A DNA stretch of 32,000 nucleotides, taken from assembly GCA_000002455.1 (NCBI GenBank), contig DQ158858.1, positions 60,001-92,000 of the forward strand, read 5' to 3'. The first letter of the stretch is position 1, and the number at the start of each line of letters is the position of its first letter. Below are positions 10,281 through 22,863 of this stretch, piece by piece. Below the pieces are notes generated by a model. That model saw only the letters and a program-made list of their open reading frames with translations, was not told the origin of the DNA and made no database searches. The position numbers were made by a program, and so were the translations under genes. The stretch is from Bigelowiella natans nucleomorph. Its lineage: Eukaryota > Protista > Cercozoa.

Positions 10281-12148
10281 ATGTTAGGTTCTTGGATAAT
10301 GACAAGAAATACAATCAGTCATCAACAAATAGCTCAAGACTTATCCAACAAAAAATACTCTAATATTAACGATCAAAAAATATTATTAAACGAAAAAAAT
10401 TATTCTATTTATATAAATTACAAAAGATATGAATTTGAGCAAATTTTAATGAGGAAAGGCTCTTTTACAAAAAAAATTTGGATAGAAGTAATCTAAGAAA
10501 TTAAAGTATTTTAAATGGGAAGAAAATAATGGAAATTTAGTACGAGCAAGAGATATACTAGAAAGAATGTGTAAGCAATTCAATTTAGACGAGGAATCTT
10601 ACCTAAAAGTAATTCAATTTTCGATAGTATATTTCATTTGAAATAAAGAACTGGAATATCCAGGGAGCTAGGAACATTTTTGAAAGAGGACTCAAAATTT
10701 TATCTAATTCTCAAGTAATCTGGGAAAAATATATAGATTTTGAAAATTCCTTAGAAAATTATAAAAAAACTCGCAACATTTTTAAAAGATGGTTATCGAA
10801 TACATCATCTATTAATATATGGGTTAAATATCTAGATGTTTTGATTATAGTAATAGTATGAAGTAAAACAAGGAGATTACCAAAAAGCAAGATCGATTAT
10901 AACTCACATCCTAGAACAAAATCCTAACTACTTTATATTAGAAAAAGTACAGAACTTTGAAATTAACCATGGATCTCTTACTACAATAAGAAATTTGATG
11001 TATTTAATGTTTAATAAACCAAACTTCATTCATCATAAGGTTCTAAATTGATAAGTAGGCAATAACTATTCTAAAATTCGCTAATTGCGAATACTATAGC
11101 TATAATATACTGAGGTCGAAAGTGATACTGAATTACTTGAATCATATTTATTTTAAAGTAAAAAAGAACAAAATATCTTACTATATTAAATACTTTTCTA
11201 ATCAAGAACATAAACTATTAATTGAATCCAGGAAAAAATTTCAAGATAAAATATCAAAATCAGTCAAAAACCACCTTTTTTTCTTCCATCTCTTAGATCT
11301 AGAGTATTGTCAAGGGACAATTGAAAGCTTTTTAGCGGTTTAAATCATAATTATAGTTATATGAGAAAGCCATGGAAAATGTACCCTTATTAAAATATTC
11401 AAGATCCATATTATCTTATCAATTGTTAATTGAATATTATTTTTTATTACTTAGCTCCCTAAACTTAACTAACCTGCTAAAGGTCACTTTCAATAGACTA
11501 ATGAGTCTATTAAATACCTTTAAATCAGAATTAGAGGTATTATATGAAAAAACAGGAAATAAAAAAAATCAATGAATACATGCAGTTTTTAAAACTAAAT
11601 AATGAAATTTTTTCTATAAACCTATATGATACAACAATGAATACTGTTAATTCAGTTTATTATTACTGTGAAAAATATTTTGTGATGATACAAATAAAAA
11701 AGTTTAATATTTATTAAAAGAATAACAACCCTATTATGCACATTACAAAACTTTAACCCTTATTTCTGTAGGTGTTTTGAAATTTTAAATTCTATAAAAT
11801 TAATAAATTCGGATGAAAAACTAATAATAAAGCTTATACGAATTAAAAAAGCTAGTATATATGAAAAATTTCTTCTATTCCATAAAGTTAATTTCATGTT
11901 TTTAGTTACTAGAAATATTCGCCTTATCGAAAAATCATTTGGAATATTTTCAAATTTTACAAAACAAAATACTAGATTATTTCCAGAGTTCTTTTATTAA
12001 AAAACAAAGATATAAAAAACTGTTTATGCTATACTTACTATCTTATATTAACTCATGTTCTAATTCTCTTTTTGAGACAGTATCACTAAACACGCACATT
12101 AAATACGAAAAAATTCTTAAAAATATAAGTTCCAATTATTTTGATTAA
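10281..12148 (+). CDS. clf1: Clf1/crooked-neck (Syf3) HAT-repeat splicing factor, many introns; start 10281 or 10299
   Basis: KRYEFEQIL, WIE|YFKWEE..GNLVRARDILER, TRNIFKRWL, LYEKAMENVP. The 3' half can be carried in frame through 19-nt introns to the stop at 12148. Confidence 0.85.
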
Positions 12149-12227
12149 ATAATTAAAATCAACGAATTTAGAAATATTTTTGCATGTACTTTTTAATTAT
12201 TACCACAGCTATTGAACATTAGAACAA

Positions 12228-13265
12228 ATGCTGTTTACCTGTAGGTTGATTATAAATCAAATAAGAAACAATAAATATTTTTTTGATAAATTAACACAAC
12301 TCAAGATAACCCAGCTAATAAAAAACAACAATATACCTAATATACTGATCTTGGTTATCTATATAAATAAAAGAATAAACATGGTTACTATTATAAAGGC
12401 ATACTTAGGATGCTAATATTTTCATTTAAAAAAAAAGATCTTATTAATAACATACTTTTTATAAACCATTCACTACACGAGTAAAACTATTTTAATAGAT
12501 GTAATGATCTACTAAAATATCGAATCAAATTATTTTCCCAAAACGACGTATCTAGTAAAAAAGCCAAAAATTTGTTGATACTATCAGACATTGAAAAGTG
12601 ACAAGTAACATTTATAGTGTTGCGCCATCATCCATATTTTTTTTAAGAAGAATAATTGAGTTAAGCTCTTTCAATTGCCGCTTTTTCTTTCACTGCAACC
12701 AGATCAGTAAAAAAATAATTCCTATTGCAAGTAGATGCTTAAAAGTTATACCACAACATCCATCAACATCCTACTTACTAAAGGATTTTAAAAGAAAGAC
12801 AATCGAACTAGGTTTGATTTTATATCCCGGAACTACAAATCAAGTCTTACAATATAGTAACCATATTCTTTCTATTCAAAAAGCACTACACAGACATTCC
12901 ATTTTGATACCTAATACTATAACCAAAGTTCAACTTTTTTATAAAGAAAAAATTTCTACAATATTATAACATATCAGGAATCTATTTATTACAGAGACTT
13001 TATACTTTATCAATGAGTAAAAAAGCTCACTTTATATTTGACTATCTTTTGGAGATAAATTACATTTATAGAGATAAAAGAAAATATACATGCGAACTTT
13101 TATTCAATAAAAAATTATGCGATAACCACATCATTAAAAGGTTAGAAGTAATATTCACAATCAAAGAACTATAGTCGAATGACATCAGAAAAATTTTTAC
13201 CGTATTTAAAAGGGCTATATTTATATGGAAAATTATATTATGATCTAAAATTAACCAGTTTATAA
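12228..13265 (+). CDS. Replication factor C small subunit (closest to human RFC2/yeast Rfc4), multi-exon
   Basis: NIPNILI, RIKLFSQ, FLRRIIE.SS..CRFFFHCNQISK.I.PIASRC. The end is ~13173 or 13265 depending on the last intron. Confidence 0.8.
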
Positions 13266-13309
13266 CTCAAATGATTAATTTTATCATTCTAGTGAGACCA
13301 CTTTAACAA

Positions 13310-15706
13310 ATGCGTGACTCTTTTGAGAAGATTAAGAACAAAAGAGATATACTAAATACTATCAAACTGAAGAATAGGGAAGAATACATATCAACAAGAT
13401 TACAAAAAAAATTAACTGAACTAAATACTTTAAATCAATATAACATATCTAATATTGAAATTAGTATCTATAAACCAAATACTTTTGAGAAAATCTTAAA
13501 TCAAATACTTTTATTTAAAATTATTAAAAAATTTCTTAATATTAAGAAGACCGATAGTCAACCTAATTTTTCATTTAATACTAATACAATTGATAAAAAA
13601 TCTGTAAAATATAAGTTTAATTTTTCTCATTTATCCTCTTATCTTCAAAAAAAAAAATTAATCAATAAGGATAACGATGAAAAAAAAAATAACATGGATA
13701 AAACCATTACCAAAACGAAGAAAACTATATTAAATATAAATCCCAAACAAAATCAGTTGCCTATTATCAACTCTTTTTTTCCCCTTATGAAAGCTGTCGA
13801 TTTATACGACACTTTAATTGTTGTTGCTGAGACAGGCGCTGGCAAAACTACACAAATACCTAAATATTTATTTTCTATGGGTTATGGTAGGCTAGGACAG
13901 ATCGGAATAACACAACCAAGAAGAATTGCTGCAATTAATGTTGCAACCAGAGTAGCATTAGAAGTAAACTCATCTGTTGGTTTATTGGTAGGCTACGTAA
14001 TAAGGTTTGAAGATTGTATATCAAATTTAACAAAAATTAAATTTATGACAGAGGGAATATTATTGCGAGAAATTATTAATGAACCACTTTTACTCCAATA
14101 TAGTGTTTTAGTGTTAGATGAAGCTCATGAAAGATCTATATTTTCAGATATTCTATTTTCATTACTTAAAGACTTAAATATTTTAAGATCAGATTTGAAA
14201 TTAATCATTTGCAGCGCAACAATTAATACAAATAAATTTTCCAAATTCTTTAGCTATGCTCCTCTTTTCCAGATACCAGGAAAAATTTACTCAGTTGAAA
14301 TATACAACAGTAAAGAGTCAGAAATTGATTACCTCGATGCCGTTGTTAGAACAATACTACAAATTCATATAAAGTCAAAGCAAGGTGATATTCTAGTATT
14401 TTTAACAGGCCAAGAGGATATAGAGATCGTCGAAAATATCATCAGTAAGAGATCAAAATTAATTAAAACTCTCATGGGTCAATTAGAAACATTTCCACTT
14501 TATGCCAATTTAAGTTATAATCTTCAAAATAAAATTTTTTTAAAATTACCCACAAACAAGCGTAAAGTAGTTCTTTCTACTAATATTGCCGAGACATCCC
14601 TAACAATATCAGGTATAACTTTCGTGATTGATTCGGGTTTATGCAAGCTCAAATATTTCGATTATCTTGCAAAATATGAAACACTAATTGTTTCTCCGAT
14701 TGCCAAGTCATCGGCATGGCAAAGAAGTGGTAGAGCAGGAAGAACTGCGAAAGGTATCTGTTTTAGATTATATACCGTAGATACTTATAAATTTGTTTTA
14801 CGTAAAGCAATCGTTCCAGAAATTCAAAGAATAGAAATAGGTATAAAAATTATAAAAAGATAGCGTAATATTAATCTTGAAATGCCTCGGTATAAACGAT
14901 ATAAACAATTTTGAATTTTTAGATAAACCTCCTGTTGAGAGTGTTTTTGCTAGTTTAGAACATCTCTATATTTTAGGGGGTCTAAACGAGGAAGGACAAC
15001 TATCAAAACTAGGAAGATATATGTGCGAGTTTCCATTAAAACCAAGTCTATCAAAAATCTTGATTATTTCTAACTTTCACCAAGTATTATGAAAATAATT
15101 AGTGTGTAGAAGAAATACTTATTATTTGTTCGATATTATCGTTAGAATCCAGAATCTTCAATTATAATCATCTTAATAATGTTGATCAAAAACAAGTACT
15201 TAAAAAATTTACCATTATTCCAAAAAGTGATCATTTAAGCTATTTAAATGTTTTTAGAGAATGGATTAATAATGATTTCTCAATTAATTGGACTGACAGA
15301 AACTCCATAGACGTTACTAATTTTATTATAGGCTAAAATTATGTTCAAAGCAAGATTTATTTTCGAACAATTATTAGGTTTAAATCAAAAATTGTTGAAT
15401 TCCCAAAAAATAGGAATCAATAAAACAAATCCTACAATGATTATTAAGTGTTTATTAAGTGGTTTATTCATGAATGCCGCCTTTTTCTATTCGGCTAACT
15501 GTTATAGATTGTTATCTAGTTCCACAGTAGTCTCTGTTCATCCTTCTTCATTATTATTAAACTATAATACTAAATGGGTAGTTTTTCAAAACATTGTGCT
15601 AACGAACAAAGAATTCATTAACGTCATAACTGAAGTGAAAATAGAATGGTTAATTGAAACAGCACCAATATTTTATAATTTTAAAAAACATATGAAAAAT
15701 TATTAA
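13310..15706 (+). CDS. prp2: Spliceosomal DEAH helicase, Prp2/DHX16-like; introns 14841-14859, 15084-15102, 15313-15331
   Basis: AETGAGKTTQ, TQPRR, DEAHER, SAT, QRSGRAGR. N-terminal REEYISTRLQKKL, PLYANL and LRSDLKL favour DHX16/Prp2. Confidence 0.85.
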
Positions 15707-16499
15707 ATACTATAAAAAATTTTACTCATCAGAGATGCTTTTTTCTCAATTATTGTTGATTTGTAGTTTTTAAACTGAAATAATACCTCATAAGATTTTG
15801 TCACTTGATTAATATAACTAAATTTCACAATATTTCTATAAACCTAAAAAGTATTATTTTACTTTTGTTAAATATTCAGTGATTGACTTGTTATTAATGA
15901 AATAAATACTTTTTTTATATTTTTTTAAAGGTACATAAGTTAAAGCACTAAAATAACTTTTGTTCAAACTCTTTTGAGATCTTTCATCGTTGCTAGTTTT
16001 ATTTTTAGCTATTTGAGATACTGGAATCTGAATTCCCCCATCAATTAATCCCTACTTCATTATATTGTACCTTAATGAATGCGTTTATTCTACCCTTTTC
16101 ATTTAGACGTTTGAAACCTATATCTATCGTTAGTAGAAAAGTATGCGATTTATATAGTTTAAATTCAGTAATTATTCGTTTAGCCAATAGTAAACCAATA
16201 AAATATGAATTTATTAAGTTTTTTTTACTATGAATCAATCCAAATTTTATTAAATCCATACTGCTTGCCTTGGCTACTATAGTATCACCGGACAAACTAG
16301 AAAAAGTAATTACTCCGGATAAATTAGTGTTCGTAGTGGTAAAGTAACTTCTAAACTTTTTTGATTTGTTTGTATAAGATTTTAAAAATCTTGAATCATA
16401 AGATTTTCCATACTTAGTTAAAAACTTTCGATTTCTTCTATGTTTAACTACGAATTTTGAAAAATAGGAAGCATTTTTAATAATCTTTTGATAAATCAT
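15703..16499 (-). CDS. rpl5: 60S ribosomal protein uL18 (L5), 2 introns
   Basis: KIIKNASYFSKFVVKHRR, GDTIVAKASS.DL, GLLLAKR, DIG, K|GLIDGGIQIP. Frame followed to the TAA at 15703-15705. Confidence 0.95.
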
Positions 16500-16548
16500 A
16501 GAATAATTCTAATACCAATACTGCAATCGTTATTATCAAAAAAATATC

Positions 16549-17925
16549 ATGTTCGGCATAATTATTTCTGCAAAAGTTTTAAACATCAATGAAAAAAATT
16601 TTATATTAAAAAAGATAAATAATCCATCAGTTTCATTAGGTCCATTTTCAAATTATAGGAACTCTTGGTAATGTTTCACATGGAAAAACGACGTTTATTA
16701 AAAACTTAAACCCTATTTATTCTTATCAAAATAAAAGCGAAATAGATAATAAAATAACCATAAAATTAGGATATTCAAATTCTAAAATTACAAAAAAAAA
16801 GGTTCTTGGATTTAATAATTCTCTTTTAAAGTATGAAATTCATAGAGATCGCTCAATAAATGATGAATCGGTTGTTTTTGATTTTTCAATTGTCGATTGT
16901 CCTGGTCATGAAATTCTAGCATCTACTTTATTAACTGGTGTTTCGATAATAGACGGGTCTCTTTTATTCATTTCACAGGAGGAATGGTTTCCGCAATCTC
17001 AATCTATCGAACATTTAGTTGCATTAAAAAATAAAAATTTAATGCATATAGTTATCGTTCTGAGCAAAATAGACTTATTAAAGATAAATTTTTTCTTCTA
17101 TAGATATTTATTTATTAAATCGTTCATAGAAGAGGTTATATACTTTAAATGTATATTTATACCTTTTACAGAAAAAGTAAAAACAAAACGACATTTTATA
17201 TTTAATAATATAATCAATTGTTTTGGAAATATATCACGAGTTTTGCAATTCCCACCATTTTTTACTGTTATCAGAACTTTCGCATTGATAAGTAAGACTA
17301 AGAACAATAATTTAATAACAAGAGGTATATTTGGAGGATCATTAATAAGAGGGTACTTAAAAAAAAACCAACTCATCGAAATTAGACCAGGAACATTAAA
17401 ACATAAAAATACTTATCCTTTTCTAAATAAAATAATAGGCATTAAAGACTTTAATTTAGATATTCCAGAAATACTACCTAGAGGATTAATAGCAATAGAA
17501 ACAAACGTATTATCTTATAGTAAAGATCAGTTCAAGTGCCACTAATAATGACTTATTGGTTGGCAGTGTTGTTGGAGAAATTGGGACATTACCACCAGTA
17601 TATAGAGCATTGAAGATCAGATTCAATATAATTAAAAAAAATATTAAATATAATATTAGACAAACTAAAAAACTTATGAAAACAAACGCAATAGAAATAG
17701 GCGAGCTTGTATTGTTGAATATCAATTCTGCTACTACACTAGGAGTTGTTATGAATGTATTAACTTTTTTAAAAGATCAATTTTTCATCAGTCTCTATTT
17801 ATTTGAATACCCCCGTTTGCTCCTTCGCACTCGCGAAAGTAACTGTTTCAAAATTCATTGAACAAAAATGGAGAATTATTATTTGGGGATCCTTAGAGGG
17901 TGGATTAAAAATAACTCCATTCTAA
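16549..17925 (+). CDS. eif2G: Translation initiation factor eIF2 gamma, 3 introns
   Basis: GTLGNVSHGKTT, ITIKLGYSN, VDCPGHE, PQSQSIEHL, SKID, GGSL.RG, IEIRPG, WRII.WG. Confidence 0.95.
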
Positions 17926-17968
17926 AAAGTCGCAGGCTCTCTAAATAAACTTGTTTAAATGGTAAATA

Positions 17969-19014
17969 ATGATTATCGCACTTCTTGAAACAATCACTGG
18001 AATATTCTTATTAAAAATTACACTGAAAAAAAAACAAACTCGGTTTTCCATTTTACAATATTTACCATTTAGAAATATATTTGCAACTATAGAGTTCTGT
18101 AGTTTATACAATTTTTTCTATTGTAATGAAAGGATAATTGGCTTTTTAAAGTGCTGTTTTACTGTTTATTTTTTCTAACTAGAATATAAAGCCCGGTTCA
18201 ATAATATTAGTATCCGATGTTATTTATAATCATCTAATCTCACTTTCTCACGATAGTTATTTTATAACTGATCATATTTCATTAAAATTAACAAGACTAC
18301 TACGAGAATACTTTTTTAGTACATTGACCACAATTTCTAAAAAAACTTTTCAAACCATCTCTAAATTCCTAAATAATTCTATTAACAAAATAAAGGTATT
18401 ATAAAATATTTTAGTTCAATTCTTTTAAATTTTATGATAAATTAATCACAAAAAGAAATCAAAAAACAATAAAGGATATTAATGATAAATTTATTGAAAT
18501 TGTACTAATGTTGAGAAAGAATCATCACGGTATATTCAATGAAAACAAAGAGCTCTTATACTTTTTTGAGAATTGTAAAAAAATCAACCGTTTTTACAAT
18601 ACTATTATGAATAAAAATTTACGTTTTTCTCAATATTATTTAAACAGCATGGCTAACTCTTTATTACAAATAAATGAGAATTTCAAAGTTTATTAATTTT
18701 AAAAGTGTTTTAAAAGTTTTCTAAACTCTTTTAAAGAAAAAAAAATATTACCATTAATTATTATTTTATTTAGTTTAAAAATAATATTGCACTTTCAACA
18801 AATTTTAACTTCAATATTATCTTGTATTCCTTGCAATGAAGAAAGAAGACCTACTACTTTGACATATTTTCGTAATTACCCTTCAGAGACTGCTTTAATA
18901 CAGATCTGGTCGATCTCAAAGTCTATAAATTCAAAACAAATATTAGCGAATGTTTATGCAATTAACTCTAAAATTAAATCAAGAAATATACTTTATAAAT
19001 TGTTCGGATTTTAA
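17969..19014 (+). CDS. nop56: Nop56/Nop58-family box C/D snoRNP protein (divergent), 3 introns
   Basis: ALLETITGIFLLK, YLPF, ILVSD, LTRLLREYF, KIKFN, MLRKNHHGIFNE and TLTYFRNYPSET are colinear with Nop56 (LFE...GYAL, [47 protein letters not shown]). Confidence 0.65.
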
Positions 19015-19094
19015 CAATTTTCACTTATAATTGATCAATACAAGATATCTATTCTTTTTAAATCATAGAATTAATAAATGTATTATAATTTTAT

Positions 19095-19444
19095 TTAACA
19101 TAAGTAAAGCATTTTTCTACATAAGGATAAGTTCCCTAAAGAAATAATATACAAGACAATTGCTTCAAATCCATTGTTATTTTCCCTTAATAATAATAGA
19201 TATTCTGATACCAAAGGTATTATATCCTACTTTAATCAATAAATACCAAGTATAATTGTATAAATATTAAATTTGTTAAATTCTTGGAGAACCTTTTGTT
19301 TTGTCTAAGTTTGTTGGACTGATGAATTATAAAATACAATGAAATAGAAATTATTCTTCTTATTATAGCTTGTCTTTGTTCAATTATAGCTTTATTTATC
19401 ATATACCTATTAAATTTAACTTTTTCTTGGCACTGTTCTCGCAT
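19095..19444 (-). CDS. Hypothetical protein (~110 aa), one 20-nt intron
   Basis: ORF 19232-19444 is extended by intron gtatttattgattaaagtag to a stop at 19095. It fills the gap between nop56 and cwc22. Confidence 0.4.
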
Positions 19445-19478
19445 TATTTAGGAATATTTAATTATTATTAAAGTAGTT

Positions 19479-21069
19479 TCAAGTAGTATAAACTTCACCA
19501 TTTTTAATGTTTCTAGTGTATTCATAAAATAATTTCTCCATATTTAGAATTTTAAATAAGTTTTCAAGCGTTACAAGATGATCTGAATCAGACGATTTTC
19601 TTGATTCATTCGTAGATGATAAAATGTCAATTTTCTATTATGAAATTAAAAACCTTAAGAATTTTTAAAAATAATTCACCACCAATTCTTTTTTTTAATT
19701 GTAAAAATAAATTTTTTATAAAAACCCTCATCGAAGAACTAGTTGTCTTTTATTTATAATCGTATACTTGAAGATCAAGATTTATTCTTTTTAATATTTT
19801 CCATGACAAGGCATTCACGCTTAAAAGATTGCCATAAAATATACACAATTTTTTAATTTTTATTACATCGAGTCTATGGATAGTTTGAAGTATTACAATA
19901 AAACATTCTTCTAAAAATTTTTTTCTATTCATACTTATAATACTTTTTAAAATCTGTTTTGCATAACATCTCTGACAAAGTTATGTAAAATTTCAAGGAA
20001 TTTTTTTCTTGGAGACAACATTCAATTATTGTAGTACAAATATTTATTTGTAAAAATTTAGGAATATTAAGTTTGTGAATTCTCTGAAAAGCATCCTCTG
20101 CGCTTAAGGAAGACATAAAAATTATGTATAGATTTTTTCGTAACACAATTGTAGCATTATCTTGATAGTTTTTGCATTCATTTTTTGTGTAATTTTTTTC
20201 TTTTGTAAACTTGGCAGCATTTTTCACATATGCATTGGTGCTTTTTTCTATTTGATTCATAATACTTTCTATGAATATCAAAAAGTTTAAACAGTGGTCA
20301 TTTTTAATCAGGGTTTTGGTTAATTGCGAATATAGAACTTTTTTATGAATTAATGTATTTTCAATGTCACAATCAAGCTTTTGAATTTTTCTAAAAAATT
20401 CACTATACCTTAATTTTAGTTCATCCCTTGTATTAATATCCATATGTTTTGATTTAATAAAATCATTTTTTTTAAGTCCATCATTTACTGAAAACAAATA
20501 ATTATAGATATTAGAGTTTATCTTTTTTTTCATAAAAATTTTTATTCTATTATCACAATTAAAACATTTTTAAAATACCATTAAATGGTCTTCGGTGAAG
20601 AGATAAACAAAGCTTTAAAATAATCTTTATAAGACACAAAGAAAAGTATGATTTTTGGTTAATCATGAAGGATAAGATTTTTTTTATAATTTTTGTCTCA
20701 ATTATTTTATTTTCAATTAATAAAATAATAAAATACAATGAAACTTTAGATGCGTAAAAATTGTGGTTTTTATATGACTCTCGAAACTAAAAAATAAAAT
20801 TAACCTGCATAATTAAAGAAGACAATAATTTTGTAACAATACTAGGCAATACGTAATTAATAAAACTAATAAAATCAACCACTGATTTTGTCATCCTTGG
20901 AAAGCAGCTCTGCTGAAATAAGATAAATCTTAAAAAGCATACTTCATTTTTTAATATATGCTTTTTGTATAATTTATACTTCCAACGTCTGTTTTACGTT
21001 TCTATAATTAATTTTAACAGAGTAGGTTTTATTTATATGTTTAATCAATTTTTTCATATTTTGATCCAT
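19479..21069 (-). CDS. cwc22: Cwc22 splicing factor (MIF4G + MA3), 6 introns
   Basis: MIF4G part: QQSCFP..T...ISFINYVLPSI...LIMQ|FRESY. MA3 part: LRKNLYIIFMSSLSAED, IIECCLQEK, TIHRLD, LSWKIL, TTSSSMRVFIK. Confidence 0.9.
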
Positions 21070-21124
21070 TAATTACTACTGCTTTTATACTTAAATAATT
21101 TTATTTTGAATTACTTAGTTTACT

Positions 21125-21359
21125 CTAGTTGGCTTCCCTTTCAGATTCTTTTAACAAAACTATATCTCCTATGAATTAAAACTATACCTATACGAACTGG
21201 CCCTTTAATATTTCTTATTAATGTTTTTTTAATATTTGTAATTGATTTAACTCTTACTTGAGTACCCTAAATTTTCTTTAATACTTGTCCGCGTTTTCCT
21301 ACCTTTTTAAGTATCTTAGTAACTATTACAAATTCTGAATTAGAATCTTTCACTACCAT
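21125..21359 (-). CDS. rps28: 40S ribosomal protein eS28, 2 introns
   Basis: VTKILKKVGKRGQ|GTQVRVK...LIRNIKGPVRIG|DIVLLKESEREA. Absent from the ORF track. Confidence 0.95.
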
Positions 21360-21470
21360 TGTTAAGAATAAACTGCACCCGGCTAATATAAGTTAAAATT
21401 TAAACTTTAGAAAACCAATGAATAATATCTATCTCTTATAAACTAATTGCAAAAATAAACGAGTCAATAT

Positions 21471-21961
21471 ATGACGATTAAAAAATTAAAAAACACAGCA
21501 TCAAAACTATTGAAATGCGGATCTAATAAAATTAAAATAAACCCAATTTATTATAGTTTTTTAAAATCAGAAAACAATAGTTAAATTTTTTAATATAGGA
21601 AAAAAAATAATTGATCTCTTCAAAAAAAGAATAATAATAAAAAAAACAATAAAAGGTGTATCCTCCTACAGGAAAAAACTAAGGAAAGCTAAAAAACAAT
21701 CTGGTTTAAAAAGAGGCATTGGTTATATTCTAATCAAAAGGTAGAAGAAAAGGTACTAAAAACGCAAGAAAAAAGTATAAAATTTTATGGATCCATAAAA
21801 TTAGAAACCAGAGAAAATTATTAAAGATGTTTAGAAATAAAAAACAATTTTTAAACTATAAAATATTATTAAACAAAGTATTCTTTTTTTCAAAGATTAA
21901 AGGAAATTTTTTCTCATCAACAAAACATCTCTTAGAACATATGAAATTATCATATAATTAA
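21471..21961 (+). CDS. rpl19: 60S ribosomal protein eL19, 3 introns
   Basis: ASKLLKCGSNKIKINP, GLKRGI|GRRKGTKNAR, WIHKIRNQRKLLK, K|IKGNFF. Absent from the ORF track. Confidence 0.95.
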
Positions 21962-22048
21962 ACTTATCTTATTAAATTAATATTCCAATAAGATTGCGCT
22001 TATTTGTTTAACGTAATTATAATGATGATAATTAATTAATCCTATTAT

Positions 22049-22749
22049 TTATTTTAAAAAATCGTCGATAATAGTTTGAATACTTATAGGAACTGCCGGA
22101 GTTGACCCTCTTTATGATATTTTTTTACCTTAACGAATGCCATAAGCCCCACACAATCACACTCATAAAGAAAACATACATCAGATTGTCTATTAAAGGA
22201 AAGAAAAATGACCATCTAATATAGCTTCCTAGAATTACTTTATAGTTCGTTAAACACAAAATTATTAAATCAAGAAAGTTTGCCTATTTTTAATAATATT
22301 ACGATAGCTGCATGAAATCTTAGGAACATTGGTAATTCTCGATTACTTACTATCCCTACCACCAAATACATGTATAAACTAACTAGCAAAAAAGTGCACC
22401 CAAAAACAACTGCACACGGATATTCTAATTTATAATTTATACACTTAAAAGTTCATAAATAATCAAATTTAATGGAAAATTACTGTAAGTATTTCTTCCA
22501 TGAATAAATATAGTTAATAAAGGTAGCATATACGTCAAAGCAGCTTTCACATTGATATATTTATCCTTTTTTTTGCTATTTCTAAGGGAAGAAACTAAAT
22601 TTAAAAGAACAACTTTCGTTTAGAACGACTACTTTTTTATATTTTTTGTCAATTAAAAAATTTTTTTTATCACACATTCGTCTTGCTATTGAAACTTTAC
22701 TAAAATGTTTTAAACTAAATGCATAACTATTTTTTATCGATAGTATCAT
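22049..22749 (-). CDS. tic20: Plastid inner-envelope translocon Tic20 with a basic N-terminal extension, multi-exon
   Basis: AALTYMLPL....HG, GIVSNRELPMFLRFHAAI, hydrophobic helices and a C-terminal G.TP.VP match Tic20 (ACLPYLMPL, GVVR...PHFFRFH, G.Y..IP). One junction is unresolved. Confidence 0.75.
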
Positions 22750-22863
22750 AAACGAGCGAATTATAATTAAAAGTTATACACTGGTACCCTCGTTTTCTCG
22801 GGATTGTAAACTTTTAGAATTATTAATATACAGTTTACTTAAGGTTTGATCAATTTTATTTAG

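Noticed and set aside
18790-18960. Minus-strand PCI-domain-like peptide (EIDQICIKAVSEG)
   Set aside because: It has an in-frame stop not removable by an 18-21 nt intron, and the plus strand is the continuous nop56 frame.
19925-20533. Cwc22 apparently truncated to the MA3 domain
   Set aside because: Upstream exons to ATG 21069 encode the MIF4G domain once three tiny introns are removed.
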